DNA of 64,000 nucleotides from Patescibacteria group bacterium (GTDB lineage Bacteria; Patescibacteriota; Microgenomatia; Daviesbacterales; UBA10151). This document shows positions 38,966 to 51,218 of the stretch, piece after piece. The stretch spans positions 5,333 to 69,332 of the forward strand of contig JAMCSY010000011.1 in NCBI GenBank assembly GCA_023379125.1, given 5' to 3'. The notes under the pieces were generated by a model. The model was not told the DNA's origin. It was given only the letters and a program-made list of their open reading frames with translations, and searched no databases. Made by a program: the position numbers and the translations under genes. Every line of letters starts with the position of its first letter. The first letter of the stretch is position 1.

Positions 38966-39071
38966 TCATTAATATTTTGCTGCTTTTGTGGACAAAAGAA
39001 TATGCATCGCATATTTATCTGAAAAACACCTTGATTAGCCTACTATTACGGCCTAAAATCAACATTTATAG

Positions 39072-41060
<1,989 letters not shown>

Positions 41061-41084
41061 AAGCTCCTTGGTAGAATAACTGTA

Positions 41085-41831
41085 ATGGATAAATTCCCAA
41101 AAGTAGCAGCAATAGTTTTGGCTGGAGGAAAGGGGACTAGAATGAACTCCGATCTCCCCAAGGTCTTGCACAAGATTCAAGGCAAACCAATCGTTTCCCA
41201 CACTATTTTAGTTTTGGAAAAAATTGGCTTAGGGCATATCAACGTCGTGACTGGATATAAAGCTGAACTAGTTAAGAAAACTTTAGGGAAAAACCTAAAT
41301 TATTCTTTACAAAGTGAACCTCTTGGCACTGGCCATGCTGTACTTTCTGCATTACCTTCAATACCCAAAAACATTACAGATATTATTGTCATTAATGGTG
41401 ACGACTCTGCTTTTTATAGGCCTGAGACGATTTCCAATATTATCCGCCAACACCAACAATTAAACATGGCTATGACTATCGTTACCACGATTAACGAAGA
41501 AGCTGCAGTGTCTGGGAGAGTAATTCGTAATCAGTATGGCAAAATAATTGGGGTTAAGGCAAACTCTAAGCTAACTCCTGCAGAATTAGCCTCAAATCAT
41601 GAAATGGTCTGTGGGCTATATTTATTTAAGCGTCATTTTTTAGAAGAGCACTTACCAAAAGTTGAGTTTAGTCCCAAAGGAGAGTATAATATAACGGCCT
41701 TAATTTCTACAGCTATAGGCCTATCTGAATTACATGATATCAGATTAGAAAATCCCCAAGAGTGGCAAAGTATTAATACTCAAAGGGAATTGCAAAAAGC
41801 TCGGAAATTATGGAAAAGTTTCAAAGGATAA
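41085..41831 (+). CDS. Sugar-phosphate nucleotidyltransferase (GlmU N-domain/RmlA-like)
   Basis: 248 aa; AAIVLAGGKGTRMNSDLPKVLH nucleotide-binding motif. Confidence 0.65.
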   Translation: MDKFPKVAAIVLAGGKGTRMNSDLPKVLHKIQGKPIVSHTILVLEKIGLGHINVVTGYKAELVKKTLGKNLNYSLQSEPLGTGHAVLSALPSIPKNITDIIVINGDDSAFYRPETISNIIRQHQQLNMAMTIVTTINEEAAVSGRVIRNQYGKIIGVKANSKLTPAELASNHEMVCGLYLFKRHFLEEHLPKVEFSPKGEYNITALISTAIGLSELHDIRLENPQEWQSINTQRELQKARKLWKSFKG

Positions 41832-41834
41832 CTA

Positions 41835-42872
41835 ATGACAGAAAACATCGATATCAGACAAAGAGCTGACTTTCATGTACATCTTGGAAAAAGAACCGAG
41901 GAAGATGTTCTGGCTGAAGCAGTACGCAATCATGTTTCAGTGATAGCTCTGTTAGACCGTGGTGAAGTAAGGATTAATAGGCTGCAGAGAGCTCAGGAAC
42001 TAGGCAGAGAAACAGGTGTAACTGTAATTCCAGCAATTGAGAGTTTTACTGCTTTCCCTTATCAAGATCAAGAAATATTAATGGAATTTATCGGCCTAGA
42101 TTTCGACTTAGATCATTCCATAATCAAACGAACTTTTGATCCATTTAGCGAAGTCCAGATGGCCAATCTCAGCAGAAAAGTGGCTTTCCAAAAAAACTAC
42201 ATCGAATCAGTAGGTTTCTCCGTTAATCATACAGACTCTAACAACAGAAGCTGGCTAGAAATCAGTAGTGGTCGTGTTGCTGAAACTGCTATTGAGATCT
42301 GTAAAATTGCAGCTGGAGACCCAGCTAACGAAGATTTATTATTATCCCTGCAAGGACAATTTAGACATCATTTTCTCATTCGACCACAGGATGCTCCTAC
42401 TAACCCCGAGGATCCATCTCAAACACAACTCTCAGTCGCTAAAGCTTTATATTGGCAACACTTTGCTCCTGGTCGACCAGGATTCAAACGTTGGTACCTA
42501 CCATTTGAGGAGATTAGGGACACTATTCACCAAGGCCAAGGTGTAATTGTGGTCGCTCATCCAAAATTTGAACATAAACCTGGAGAAGTTAGAATCCAAG
42601 ACATTTTACCAGAAATTCTCGAGGCAGGCGTTGACGGTGTTGAAGGTTGGGACGCTGGTAAGCTTGACCGTCATTTAGCAAGGATTGCTTTATCTCAAAA
42701 TAAGCTTGTTCTGGGTGGGAGTGGAAAAGACGCTAGTAGATATAAAAATCGAGAAATTGGTCTAGGTGATAACAGTGATCCAGAAAATCCTGCTCCTATG
42801 TTCATACCTCCCAGACTACTTAACAAAATTAGAGAATATAAAGCTAGCCATTCTGTGCCTAGTAGTAGATAA
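41835..42872 (+). CDS. PHP-domain (metal-dependent phosphoesterase) family protein, tentative
   Basis: 345 aa; N-terminal ADFHVHLG His motif, further His/Asp residues spaced as in PHP domains; weak. Confidence 0.35.
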   Translation: MTENIDIRQRADFHVHLGKRTEEDVLAEAVRNHVSVIALLDRGEVRINRLQRAQELGRETGVTVIPAIESFTAFPYQDQEILMEFIGLDFDLDHSIIKRTFDPFSEVQMANLSRKVAFQKNYIESVGFSVNHTDSNNRSWLEISSGRVAETAIEICKIAAGDPANEDLLLSLQGQFRHHFLIRPQDAPTNPEDPSQTQLSVAKALYWQHFAPGRPGFKRWYLPFEEIRDTIHQGQGVIVVAHPKFEHKPGEVRIQDILPEILEAGVDGVEGWDAGKLDRHLARIALSQNKLVLGGSGKDASRYKNREIGLGDNSDPENPAPMFIPPRLLNKIREYKASHSVPSSR

Positions 42873-42893
42873 GTTGTATACTATATCCACAAA

Positions 42894-43589
42894 ATGCTTG
42901 ATCATCAGATATTGAGGAACGCTTATCAAAACTTCATTTTAAACGTATACGGTAAGCAGATTTCTATTCCATATCGAATTAACTTACCTCCAATTAAATA
43001 TTCAGTAGATAACAAACACCGTAGAGGCAAAAGCTCTCCTCGACAGATCACCAAACAGCTAAAAATAGATGCTGAGGAGCAAGGTTTTAACTTACAAAAA
43101 GCTACTCCAAAACAGGTTAGGCAGTTCATGATCAAAAACAAACTAGGCTTAGATTGTTCCGGATTTGCTTATCAAATGATTAATAAAGTACTCAAGCAAC
43201 TACACAAGGGGACTCTCGTTCAAGCTGGTTTACCCCGTGTTACCCGAACTAATGTGGAGATATTAACTTCAAATCAATTTTCTGTGCCTGTTAGCAGTAC
43301 CGAGGACATAGAACCAGGAGATTTAATCAAACTAGCCTCAAGCCAGAAAATTCCTCATGTGGTAATTGTGATTAAAAAGACACCTTCTGAAATCGTTTAT
43401 GCACACTCAAGTGATTCCACTACAGAATCTGGAGTTCATCTTGGAAAAATAATTATCACTAATCCTAAATGGGGGATAGAGAAACAAACATGGGAGGAAA
43501 AAACTCATAATAACCAATCCTACCAAAGTTTATATATCCCTCAATATGGAGATAAGGTAGTTAGACTAAAAACTTTACTGAATCATTAA
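42894..43589 (+). CDS. NlpC/P60-like cysteine peptidase family protein, tentative
   Basis: 231 aa; GLDCSGFAYQ (catalytic Cys context) and downstream PHVVIVI His. Confidence 0.35.
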   Translation: MLDHQILRNAYQNFILNVYGKQISIPYRINLPPIKYSVDNKHRRGKSSPRQITKQLKIDAEEQGFNLQKATPKQVRQFMIKNKLGLDCSGFAYQMINKVLKQLHKGTLVQAGLPRVTRTNVEILTSNQFSVPVSSTEDIEPGDLIKLASSQKIPHVVIVIKKTPSEIVYAHSSDSTTESGVHLGKIIITNPKWGIEKQTWEEKTHNNQSYQSLYIPQYGDKVVRLKTLLNH

Positions 43590-43817
43590 CTAGGTTTAGT
43601 AAGTAATACTACAAATCTCCTAAATATTAATGTAAGTCGCTTGCTTGATAATTCCAGAACAGATATAATAAGATGTGCTTCTGAAAAAGGCTGAGTTGTA
43701 CTGAATTTACGATCATTAGACAAAATTCTCAATTGACAAAAGAAAGGCAGTAATAGACTTTTTGGCAGAAAATACTATATAACAGAACAAGATCGATCGG
43801 AAAAGTCTAAACAAAAG

Positions 43818-46343
43818 ATGAGTAGTATTGGAAAAATTGAGCCAGCGCCAATAGTGGAGGAGATGAAACGCTCCTATTTGGACTATGCTATGTCCGTAAT
43901 TGTGCAACGAGCTCTTCCAGATGTTCGAGACGGTCTAAAACCAGTTCAAAGAAGAATTGTTTACTCTATGCAAGAGCAGGGAATTCACCACAGCGCTAGA
44001 TATCAAAAAAGTGCTGCTGTGGTAGGCGATGTCCTCAAAAACTATCACCCCCATGGAGATGTACCTGTCTATGATGCGATGGTCAGAATGGCTCAGGATT
44101 TTTCCATGAGATATATGCTAGTAGATGGACAAGGAAATTTTGGCTCAGTCGATGGTGACTCTCCAGCAGCGATGCGATATACCGAAGCCAGGCTCTCTGC
44201 GATTGCTGATGAGCTCCTCCGAGACATTAACAAAAATACTGTTGATTATATTGATAACTATTCTGGCACTACTAAGGAGCCTACTGTATTACCTTCAGTG
44301 ATACCAAATCTCTTACTTAATGGTGCCTCAGGAATTGCTGTTGGCATGGCAACTCAAATCCCTCCTCATAACTTGGGTGAAGTAATCGATGCTCTAAATT
44401 ACATGATTGATCATCCTGCTAAAGAGGAAACAAATGGGCAAGCGAAACCTACCCCAGACGGAATTGTTCTACCTTCCACAAATAAATTTGAATCTGAGAC
44501 AACTGTTGAAGAACTGATGCAGTTTATTAAAGGGCCAGATTTTCCCACTGGTGCTTCAATATATGACTGCGCAGAAATTTTGGCTGCTTATGCGACAGGT
44601 CGTGGCAGAATTGTGATGCGAGCCAAAGCAGAAATTGAAGAAGCCAAAAATGGCCGTTTTGACATTATTATTTCTGAACTGCCATATCAGGTAAATAAAG
44701 CAGTTTTAGTAACTAGAATTGCTGACTTACATAAGGAAAGAAAAATCGAAGGAATCGCTGATTTAAGGGATGAATCAGACAGAAGGGGAATGAGAGTTGT
44801 AATTGAACTCAAACGTGACGCTAACCCTAAATCTGTTTTAAATAACCTCTTTAAGCATACTGCCATGCAATCTGTTTTTAACGTGAACATGGTGGCCTTA
44901 GTTGATGGAGTGCCCCATCTTTTGCCTCTCAAACATGTTTTAGAGGAATTTATTTCTCATCGGCAGAGTATTGTCACCAGGCGCTCAGAATTTGAATTAG
45001 CAGAAGCCAAAGCCAGAGCCCATATTTTAGAGGGACTCAAGATCGCAGTGGATCATATTGACGCGGTCATTGATACCATCCGCAAAAGTCAAGATGCCGA
45101 TGAAGCAAAGAAAAATTTAATCGTACGTTTCAAATTATCTGACTTACAAGCACAAGCTATTTTAGACATGCAATTGCGTCGTCTGGCAGCACTAGAGCGG
45201 CAAAAAATCGAAGATGAGCTAAGCTTGGTCAGAGAAACAATTACTTATCTGGAAGATTTACTTGCTCATCCTGAAAAAATCCTTAAAGTCATCAAGGAAG
45301 AGCTGACTAAAATTAAGGATAAATATGGTGATGATCGCCGTACCAGAGTTTATAAACAAAAAGTTGGTGAGTTCTCTGAGGAAGATTTGATTACTGATGA
45401 ACCCACTATTGTGACTATTACCGAAAGTGGTTATATCAAACGTCAACCACCTTCTACTTTTCGAGTCCAGGCACGCGGTGGTAAGGGTGTTTCCGGAATG
45501 AATACCAAAGATGAGGATGCAGTAACTCATATCTTTTATCCCAAAACCTTAGATAATATCTTATTCTTTACTGATCGAGGACGAGTTTTTCAGATTAAAG
45601 TCTGGGAAATTCCTGAAGCCTCTCGGGCTGCCCGCGGGCAAGCAATTGTTAACTTAATCAATGTTGACCAAGGTGAAAGAATTACGGCAATTTGGACCTT
45701 AAGACAAAAAGATACTGCAAAGTTTTTGTTTATGTGTACAAAACAGGGTAATGTTAAAAAAACTCCAATTGAAGAGTATGCTTCAATTAGGAAAAATGGT
45801 CTAGTGTCAATTAACTTAGACAAGGGAGATACTCTAGGTTGGGTTTGGCCCACCTCAGGTAAAGATGAGTTGATTATTGTTTCTCAAGGAGGACAATCAA
45901 TTAGATTCTCAGAAAACGATGTTCGTCCGACTCATCGGGATACTTCCGGAGTTCGCGGCATTAAATTAGCAAGTAGTGACAGTGTAGTTTCTTTGAATAA
46001 AATTGAAAACATTACCTCAAATCAATTACTTGTGGTTATGGAAAATGGCTTAGGTAAGAAAACTAATGTTTCTGCTTGGGCCAGGCAGGGGAGGGGAGGC
46101 ATGGGTGTAAAAGGAGCTCAAGTGACCTCAAAAACAGGACAAATTGTAACAGCCCAAATTGTGGATCAAGACGGAGAAACTCTAGTCTTAACTTCCAATA
46201 AAGGGCAGATTATTAAAATTGGTATTAAGGATGTCCCTACCCTACAAAGACAAACACAGGGAGTTATTCTGATGCGGATGAGAGAAGGGGAGAAGGTAGC
46301 AGCGGCAGCGGTCATTTCTCCCAGCAAAGAACCAGCTAGCTAA
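43818..46343 (+). CDS. gyrA: DNA gyrase subunit A
   Basis: 841 aa; [10 protein letters not shown], active-site [11 protein letters not shown]-terminal beta-pinwheel repeats. Confidence 0.9.
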   Translation: MSSIGKIEPAPIVEEMKRSYLDYAMSVIVQRALPDVRDGLKPVQRRIVYSMQEQGIHHSARYQKSAAVVGDVLKNYHPHGDVPVYDAMVRMAQDFSMRYMLVDGQGNFGSVDGDSPAAMRYTEARLSAIADELLRDINKNTVDYIDNYSGTTKEPTVLPSVIPNLLLNGASGIAVGMATQIPPHNLGEVIDALNYMIDHPAKEETNGQAKPTPDGIVLPSTNKFESETTVEELMQFIKGPDFPTGASIYDCAEILAAYATGRGRIVMRAKAEIEEAKNGRFDIIISELPYQVNKAVLVTRIADLHKERKIEGIADLRDESDRRGMRVVIELKRDANPKSVLNNLFKHTAMQSVFNVNMVALVDGVPHLLPLKHVLEEFISHRQSIVTRRSEFELAEAKARAHILEGLKIAVDHIDAVIDTIRKSQDADEAKKNLIVRFKLSDLQAQAILDMQLRRLAALERQKIEDELSLVRETITYLEDLLAHPEKILKVIKEELTKIKDKYGDDRRTRVYKQKVGEFSEEDLITDEPTIVTITESGYIKRQPPSTFRVQARGGKGVSGMNTKDEDAVTHIFYPKTLDNILFFTDRGRVFQIKVWEIPEASRAARGQAIVNLINVDQGERITAIWTLRQKDTAKFLFMCTKQGNVKKTPIEEYASIRKNGLVSINLDKGDTLGWVWPTSGKDELIIVSQGGQSIRFSENDVRPTHRDTSGVRGIKLASSDSVVSLNKIENITSNQLLVVMENGLGKKTNVSAWARQGRGGMGVKGAQVTSKTGQIVTAQIVDQDGETLVLTSNKGQIIKIGIKDVPTLQRQTQGVILMRMREGEKVAAAAVISPSKEPAS

Positions 46344-46374
46344 CAAACTGTGAGTTTTTTGTTAAACTATATCC

Positions 46375-46590
46375 ATGAAGCGTTTTGAAAGGTATGTTGC
46401 TGCCTTTTTTATTAGTTATTTTTTCATTGGATTGCTTTTTGCTAGCCTTTATGCTCTGTTTTACCATTGGAGTGCTTTTTCCTTTTTTAGCCCTGGATTC
46501 TACATGGTTTTACTAACCTGGCCAGCTCAGCTACCCGGTTTTTTTGCTGATTTTCAATATTATGGTTTTGCTGGAAAAACTTTGCCCTAA
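46375..46590 (+). CDS. Small hydrophobic protein (71 aa, 2 TM, Phe/Tyr-rich)
   Basis: ORF only. Confidence 0.3.
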   Translation: MKRFERYVAAFFISYFFIGLLFASLYALFYHWSAFSFFSPGFYMVLLTWPAQLPGFFADFQYYGFAGKTLP

Positions 46591-46612
46591 ATAGTCCAAA
46601 AAAACTGGCTTT

Positions 46613-46894
46613 TTGACTCTTTTTGTGCTACAATTAAAGCCCTTGAGAAAGAAAACTTCTACTAAACATCCTGCCAAGATTTGTGCTGAGTGTGGCAGTG
46701 AACTAATTTTTGTGGAAGAAATCACTATGACAGTTGGCAACGCCCTTTCTCCAGTTACCAAAACTATTTATCATTGTTCTAATCAAACCTGTCAGGAAGA
46801 ATCAGAAAGAAAAGAAGCTCAGCGACGTGAGTTTAGACTACAGCAAGAAACTTTAAAACAAAATCGCCTCAACAACCGTCACAGTACTAAATGA
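46613..46894 (+). CDS. Small zinc-ribbon protein (CAECGSEL..CSNQTCQEE) with basic C-terminus
   Basis: 93 aa; CxxC..CxxxC. Confidence 0.35.
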   Translation: MTLFVLQLKPLRKKTSTKHPAKICAECGSELIFVEEITMTVGNALSPVTKTIYHCSNQTCQEESERKEAQRREFRLQQETLKQNRLNNRHSTK

Positions 46895-47086
46895 ATCCCT
46901 TCCCGCCGTAAACAACTGGGTATCCCTAAAAGGGAAAGTTCTTTCGAGCGTTCATCCACACGGTAAGCCGCAAGGTATTCTCGCCCAAAATAAAGTTCCC
47001 AATCCACACCTTCTGCGAATTTTATACATTTCCCTGCTCTATAAATAAAAGCATGGTAAAGATTTCGCACACTAAAGGTCTGCGCA

Positions 47087-47244
47087 GTTTTGACGAAGCG
47101 GTTATAAGCTTTCCAGACTGAAAGTCCGGGGTTTCCTCTGGCTAGCTTTCAAGCGCTTCGCTACCCGTTTGCCAGTAAAACTTGAAACCTACTTCGTCTA
47201 CATCCACGAGCTCTCAGCTCGTGGTTTTGACGAAGCGGTTATAA
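47087..47244. repeat. Structured intergenic repeat, family 1, copy 3, preceded by a duplicated 20-nt 3'-terminal segment TTTTGACGAAGCGGTTATAA
   Basis: Full copy is about 90% identical to copy 2. The 20-mer occurs at 47087-47107 and again at 47225-47244. Lies 8 bp upstream of nfo. Confidence 0.7.
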
Positions 47245-47251
47245 TAAACTC

Positions 47252-48094
47252 ATGCCAAAAATTGGTGCTCACGTTTCTTCTGCTGGAGGATTAGAAAAAT
47301 CTTTTGATAAGGCCTTGGAGATTGGGGCAGAGTGTACCCAAATTTTTATTTCTCCACCACAACAATGGTTGGAAAAAACTCATCCTCAAGAAGAAATTGA
47401 TAGATACACAAAAAAAGCAGCGGAAACTCAAATTGGACCAAACTTTATCCATGCCACTTATTTGACAAATTTAGCTTCGGCCAATCCTGATTTTGTGAGA
47501 AAAGCAATTTCCTGGCTTGTTTATTCCCAAAAAACAGCTGAAAAATTGAGAATAGCAGGGACTATTTTCCATATTGGTTCAGCTAAAGAAAAAACCACCC
47601 AAGAAGCAGTGCAGCAAGTTATTAGCAATATTCAGCAAATTCTCTCTCAAACTGGGCAAGTAAATCTAATTTTGGAAACATCAGCTGGAGCAGGTAACAC
47701 GGTGGGAGATAGCTTGGAAGAATTAGAGCAAATCATCTCCGCAATTAATGATCCCAGATTAAAAATTTGTTTAGATACTCAGCACATGTTTGCTTCTGGA
47801 TATGGTTTAACCACTCCTGGGGCTGTGGCAAAAGTTGCTCAGCAAATAGAACAGACAATTACCTTTACTAAGATTATCGCCGTTCATGCTAATGATTCCA
47901 AGGTGGAGTTGAATAGCCATAAAGATAGGCATGAGAATATTGGCCAAGGTTTAATTGGTCTAGCAGGCTTTCGAGCTTTAATTAACCATCCACAGTTTGC
48001 CCAAATTCCTTTCATCCTGGAGGTCCCCGGGATGGGAAACCAAGGCCCTGATAAAGTTAATGTTGATTTGTTGAAGTCTTTACGCACCAACTAG
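47252..48094 (+). CDS. nfo: Endonuclease IV (AP endonuclease, TIM barrel)
   Basis: 280 aa; MPKIGAHVSSAGGLEKSFDKALEIGAECTQIF matches Nfo N-terminus; His/Asp/Glu metal ligands spaced appropriately. Confidence 0.8.
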   Translation: MPKIGAHVSSAGGLEKSFDKALEIGAECTQIFISPPQQWLEKTHPQEEIDRYTKKAAETQIGPNFIHATYLTNLASANPDFVRKAISWLVYSQKTAEKLRIAGTIFHIGSAKEKTTQEAVQQVISNIQQILSQTGQVNLILETSAGAGNTVGDSLEELEQIISAINDPRLKICLDTQHMFASGYGLTTPGAVAKVAQQIEQTITFTKIIAVHANDSKVELNSHKDRHENIGQGLIGLAGFRALINHPQFAQIPFILEVPGMGNQGPDKVNVDLLKSLRTN

Positions 48095-48133
48095 CTTGCA
48101 TTCTTTCTAACTGGTTGATAAACTCGCCCTATT

Positions 48134-48961
48134 ATGAATGAGGCTGTTTCCCATCGAGATCAGATCTTAGGATATTCACGACAAGCTTATCAGGATTTAC
48201 AAAGTTGGTGGCAACTGCTGAGTAGATCTCTACCTGACCACAAACTACTTTGTCAGATTGCTGAGCACAATTATAGTGATGACGTGATTGCATCAACTTT
48301 TCGTCGAGCTAGTCCAACTACGATTCTACTGGAGACAGAATTTAGTGAGATTGCTGGCCCACTTTTTAATCGCCCGGTGAGAACATTTGATACTGCTATA
48401 CTTTACAGGGTAACTCCAGAGTGCAATTTCACGCACAATTTTGGTGTTTATTCCTTATATTTTCTCCCTCTTAATAAAAGGCATGTCGCAAGAGATCAGG
48501 ATTGTGAGTACGTCAGGTTAGCAGCAGGCTATCCATTTCATCATCTTTCATTGACTTTAGGTGAAGGTATGGATCAACTACGCTCGCTTGATGTTCGCTT
48601 ACGCAGTAGTCGACCCACTGAAAATGTCAGAACATTACAAATTTCTCTAGATAGTGACTCTGTTTGGACTATTGTCCAAACTGCTAGAGACAATACATAT
48701 TTTAAAAACCCATTAGACCACAAACTTCAAGACAGAGCCTCTAGTCACCGACCATCCCAACGTTTTTCTTATCAGCATCTAGCCTATGAGCACTTGTGTT
48801 CATTTGGGTATGACCGTAGTAATTACCTCAGAATGAGCCCGTGGCAAGATCTTTTATTTCCTAACAAATTCTATTCCTTTTGTCCTTATCCTGGATTTAA
48901 TGTTGGGGAAGCAATTATCAGAGCCTGTCACTTTCAGTCAGCCATCAAGCCAGCTCCCTAG
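48134..48961 (+). CDS. Hypothetical protein (275 aa; Arg/His-rich, apparently higher GC than neighbours)
   Basis: ORF only; composition differs from flanking genes by eye; convergent with recombinase. Confidence 0.35.
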   Translation: MNEAVSHRDQILGYSRQAYQDLQSWWQLLSRSLPDHKLLCQIAEHNYSDDVIASTFRRASPTTILLETEFSEIAGPLFNRPVRTFDTAILYRVTPECNFTHNFGVYSLYFLPLNKRHVARDQDCEYVRLAAGYPFHHLSLTLGEGMDQLRSLDVRLRSSRPTENVRTLQISLDSDSVWTIVQTARDNTYFKNPLDHKLQDRASSHRPSQRFSYQHLAYEHLCSFGYDRSNYLRMSPWQDLLFPNKFYSFCPYPGFNVGEAIIRACHFQSAIKPAP

Positions 48962-49884
48962 CTAATCTTCTTGATATTCCCTGAATGGAAAGCTTTATGG
49001 ATATCCTTTAAGTGTCTGTTGGTAACATGGGTGTAGATTTGAGTTGTGGCAATATTACTGTGCCCAAGCATTTCTTGAACTGATCTAATATCTGCTCCAT
49101 TAATCAGCAAATCTGTGGCAAATGAATGTCTAAGGGTATGGGGGGTTGCCTTTATTGATAACCCTACTGCTTTAACATATTTTTCTACGATTCTTTCGAT
49201 TGAGCGGGGAGTGAGTCTCATTTTTTCACCATTGTCTTCTGAATTTTCCTTTCCTTGAAACCTAATGAAAAGTGGTTGATATGGATCATGCCTACCATGT
49301 AGATACTCACCCAACCACTTTAAAGCTGAATCAGATAAAAATACTACTCTCTCTTTGGAACCTTTACCTATCACACTAAACTCAGTCCGGTTTAAATTAA
49401 TAGTGTCTCTATTCAGGCTAGCTAGTTCCGAAACCCTTAAACCAGTGGAAAAGAGTAATTCTAACAAAGCCCGGTCACGCAATCCCGCTTTGTCTAGCAC
49501 ATCTGGCGCTTCAAGCAATTTCTGCAATGCGTCTTCATCGAGTACTTTAATAGGGGAGGCTTCTGTTTCACCTAACTCCACTTTTTCTGCCGAGAGACTG
49601 TTGATATCGTGCCTGGCTAGATACCGGAGAAATGCCCTTAATGCAATCATAAAATAGTTTTGAGTCACTCTCTTGAGAGGCTTTTTTGTTTCTGGATCAA
49701 CGAATCTTCCCAAGTAAAGACGATATTTTCTGACTAGCCCCAAATCAATCTTATTTGGCTCGATATCCCCAGCAAAACCTAAAAATCTTTTTAAATAGTG
49801 ATCGTAATTTTGAATTGTTTTTTGCGAGGCATTACGTTCAATTTCTAAATATTCAAGGAAATCAGTGATGGATGAAGAGATCAT
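48958..49884 (-). CDS. Tyrosine recombinase XerC/XerD family
   Basis: 308 aa; N-terminal SAM-like domain; catalytic R..HTLRHSFAT..GHSNIATTQIYTHV. Confidence 0.8.
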   Translation of the reverse strand: MISSSITDFLEYLEIERNASQKTIQNYDHYLKRFLGFAGDIEPNKIDLGLVRKYRLYLGRFVDPETKKPLKRVTQNYFMIALRAFLRYLARHDINSLSAEKVELGETEASPIKVLDEDALQKLLEAPDVLDKAGLRDRALLELLFSTGLRVSELASLNRDTINLNRTEFSVIGKGSKERVVFLSDSALKWLGEYLHGRHDPYQPLFIRFQGKENSEDNGEKMRLTPRSIERIVEKYVKAVGLSIKATPHTLRHSFATDLLINGADIRSVQEMLGHSNIATTQIYTHVTNRHLKDIHKAFHSGNIKKIS

Positions 49885-49911
49885 CTTAAGGCTATTTTAG
49901 CACAGCCTAAA

Positions 49912-50619
49912 CTAGAGCAGAGCAAGCCCAGCAATCGCGATCAAGACTAATATTGCCCCAGCTCCAGCGAGCATCCAAGTAGGTGTAAAATTACCACTGG
50001 CTGGCAAAGTCACAGTCGCAGATTCACTGGATGAAGTATCAGTCACCGAGGGAGCTCCTTGAGCAGCTGTCGCCAGACAACTACCAGAACCAACAGTGTA
50101 GTTACCATCAGTTACACTACTTAAAATATCATTAGTTGTACCGCGTTGCACAATATTTGAATCTGTTGTTTTAGTTTTATCATTTGGGTCAAAATCAAAC
50201 TTGAGCTGGGTTGCTCCAGCTGGAGCATTATCCAGTACAGTGAAGTCAATTGTGGCTAAAGTACCGCTACCAGAAAAAGCCTGGGTGGTTGAGGAAACTC
50301 CGGTAATAGATATCTTACCGTTTTGTTGATCGATAAAGTTACTGGCTGTTGGATAATCAGGATAAAGGCTACCCGAAGTCAGCTTCACCGCCCTAAACCT
50401 AGTAGGATCATAAAAGATTACTGCATCAACTCCATCAGTTTGCACACCAGCAGTGTTAACCACCACACTAACAGTAAAGGAACAACTATGGTTAAAGGTG
50501 CCCGTTGAAGGTGAGACAGCTAAAGATGCACCTGCAGTTTGAGCTAAGACCAAAGTAGGAGAAATGCTAAAAAGAAAAATAGAGAATATAGATGATATAA
50601 AGGCAGTAATTTTTTTCAC
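49912..50619 (-). CDS. Secreted beta-rich protein with signal peptide and C-terminal LPASG + hydrophobic anchor
   Basis: 235 aa; MKKITAFISSIFSIFLFSISPTLVLAQ signal; ends TVTLPASGNFTPTWMLAGAGAILVLIAIAGLALL. Confidence 0.45.
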   Translation of the reverse strand: MKKITAFISSIFSIFLFSISPTLVLAQTAGASLAVSPSTGTFNHSCSFTVSVVVNTAGVQTDGVDAVIFYDPTRFRAVKLTSGSLYPDYPTASNFIDQQNGKISITGVSSTTQAFSGSGTLATIDFTVLDNAPAGATQLKFDFDPNDKTKTTDSNIVQRGTTNDILSSVTDGNYTVGSGSCLATAAQGAPSVTDTSSSESATVTLPASGNFTPTWMLAGAGAILVLIAIAGLALL

Positions 50620-51218
50620 TTGATTATATTTACAGTTAAGTTTTGCACTCGATCTAAAATATTATTACCTGATTTAAAGTCTATCACATATGAGTCTATC
50701 GTGCTACCCGGGGTAAAATCAAGACTGATTTTAGCTGTTCCCGGAGTCTTAGCCACAAAATTGATACTACCGATTGGACCATTGTTCACAACTCCAATCG
50801 TCTCAGCTGAGACGCCTGAAAGCACAATCCGACCATTACGACTATCTAATCGGTTGATAGGATACCTTTCATAAACTACATTTCCTCCTACAGGCATATT
50901 ATTGTTTTGTGGAACAATTGCTAGTAAGTCTGGATCATAACTTACCACGACATTTGTTTGTCTAGTAGGCTGAGTGCTATGTAGATTTATATTGACTTGG
51001 AAACTTTGGCCAACACTAACTAAGTTGTTATCAGTAGTTAAACTAATTTCGGTATTGGTGTTAATAGCCACTTCATTTTTTCCAGCAGCATTTGAGTTAA
51101 AACTTTGCCTTTGACTAGCCAAATTAACACCAAAAGGCACTGCTAAAACTAAAATACCAACAATGAGAAAAGAGGCAAGATTTTTCTTGGAGAGTAGCAA
51201 CTTTAAATTTGGATCCAT
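50616..51218 (-). CDS. Secreted beta-rich protein, paralog of 49912-50619
   Basis: 200 aa; N-terminal TM/signal; shares I(S/V)L(T/S)GVS..G(T/P)(L/I)..I(D/N)F.. blocks with its neighbour. Confidence 0.45.
   Translation of the reverse strand: MDPNLKLLLSKKNLASFLIVGILVLAVPFGVNLASQRQSFNSNAAGKNEVAINTNTEISLTTDNNLVSVGQSFQVNINLHSTQPTRQTNVVVSYDPDLLAIVPQNNNMPVGGNVVYERYPINRLDSRNGRIVLSGVSAETIGVVNNGPIGSINFVAKTPGTAKISLDFTPGSTIDSYVIDFKSGNNILDRVQNLTVNIIK

Noticed and set aside
46879-47070. 63-aa minus-strand ORF in the GC-elevated stretch
   Set aside because: It has no RBS or motif, and it lies in a segment that looks more like structured noncoding DNA. It is kept only as part of the finding on the possible integration boundary.
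49912-50619. Canonical LPXTG sortase substrate
   Set aside because: The motif is LPASG, not LPXTG, and the C-terminus lacks a basic tail. It is reported only as sortase-like and unverified.
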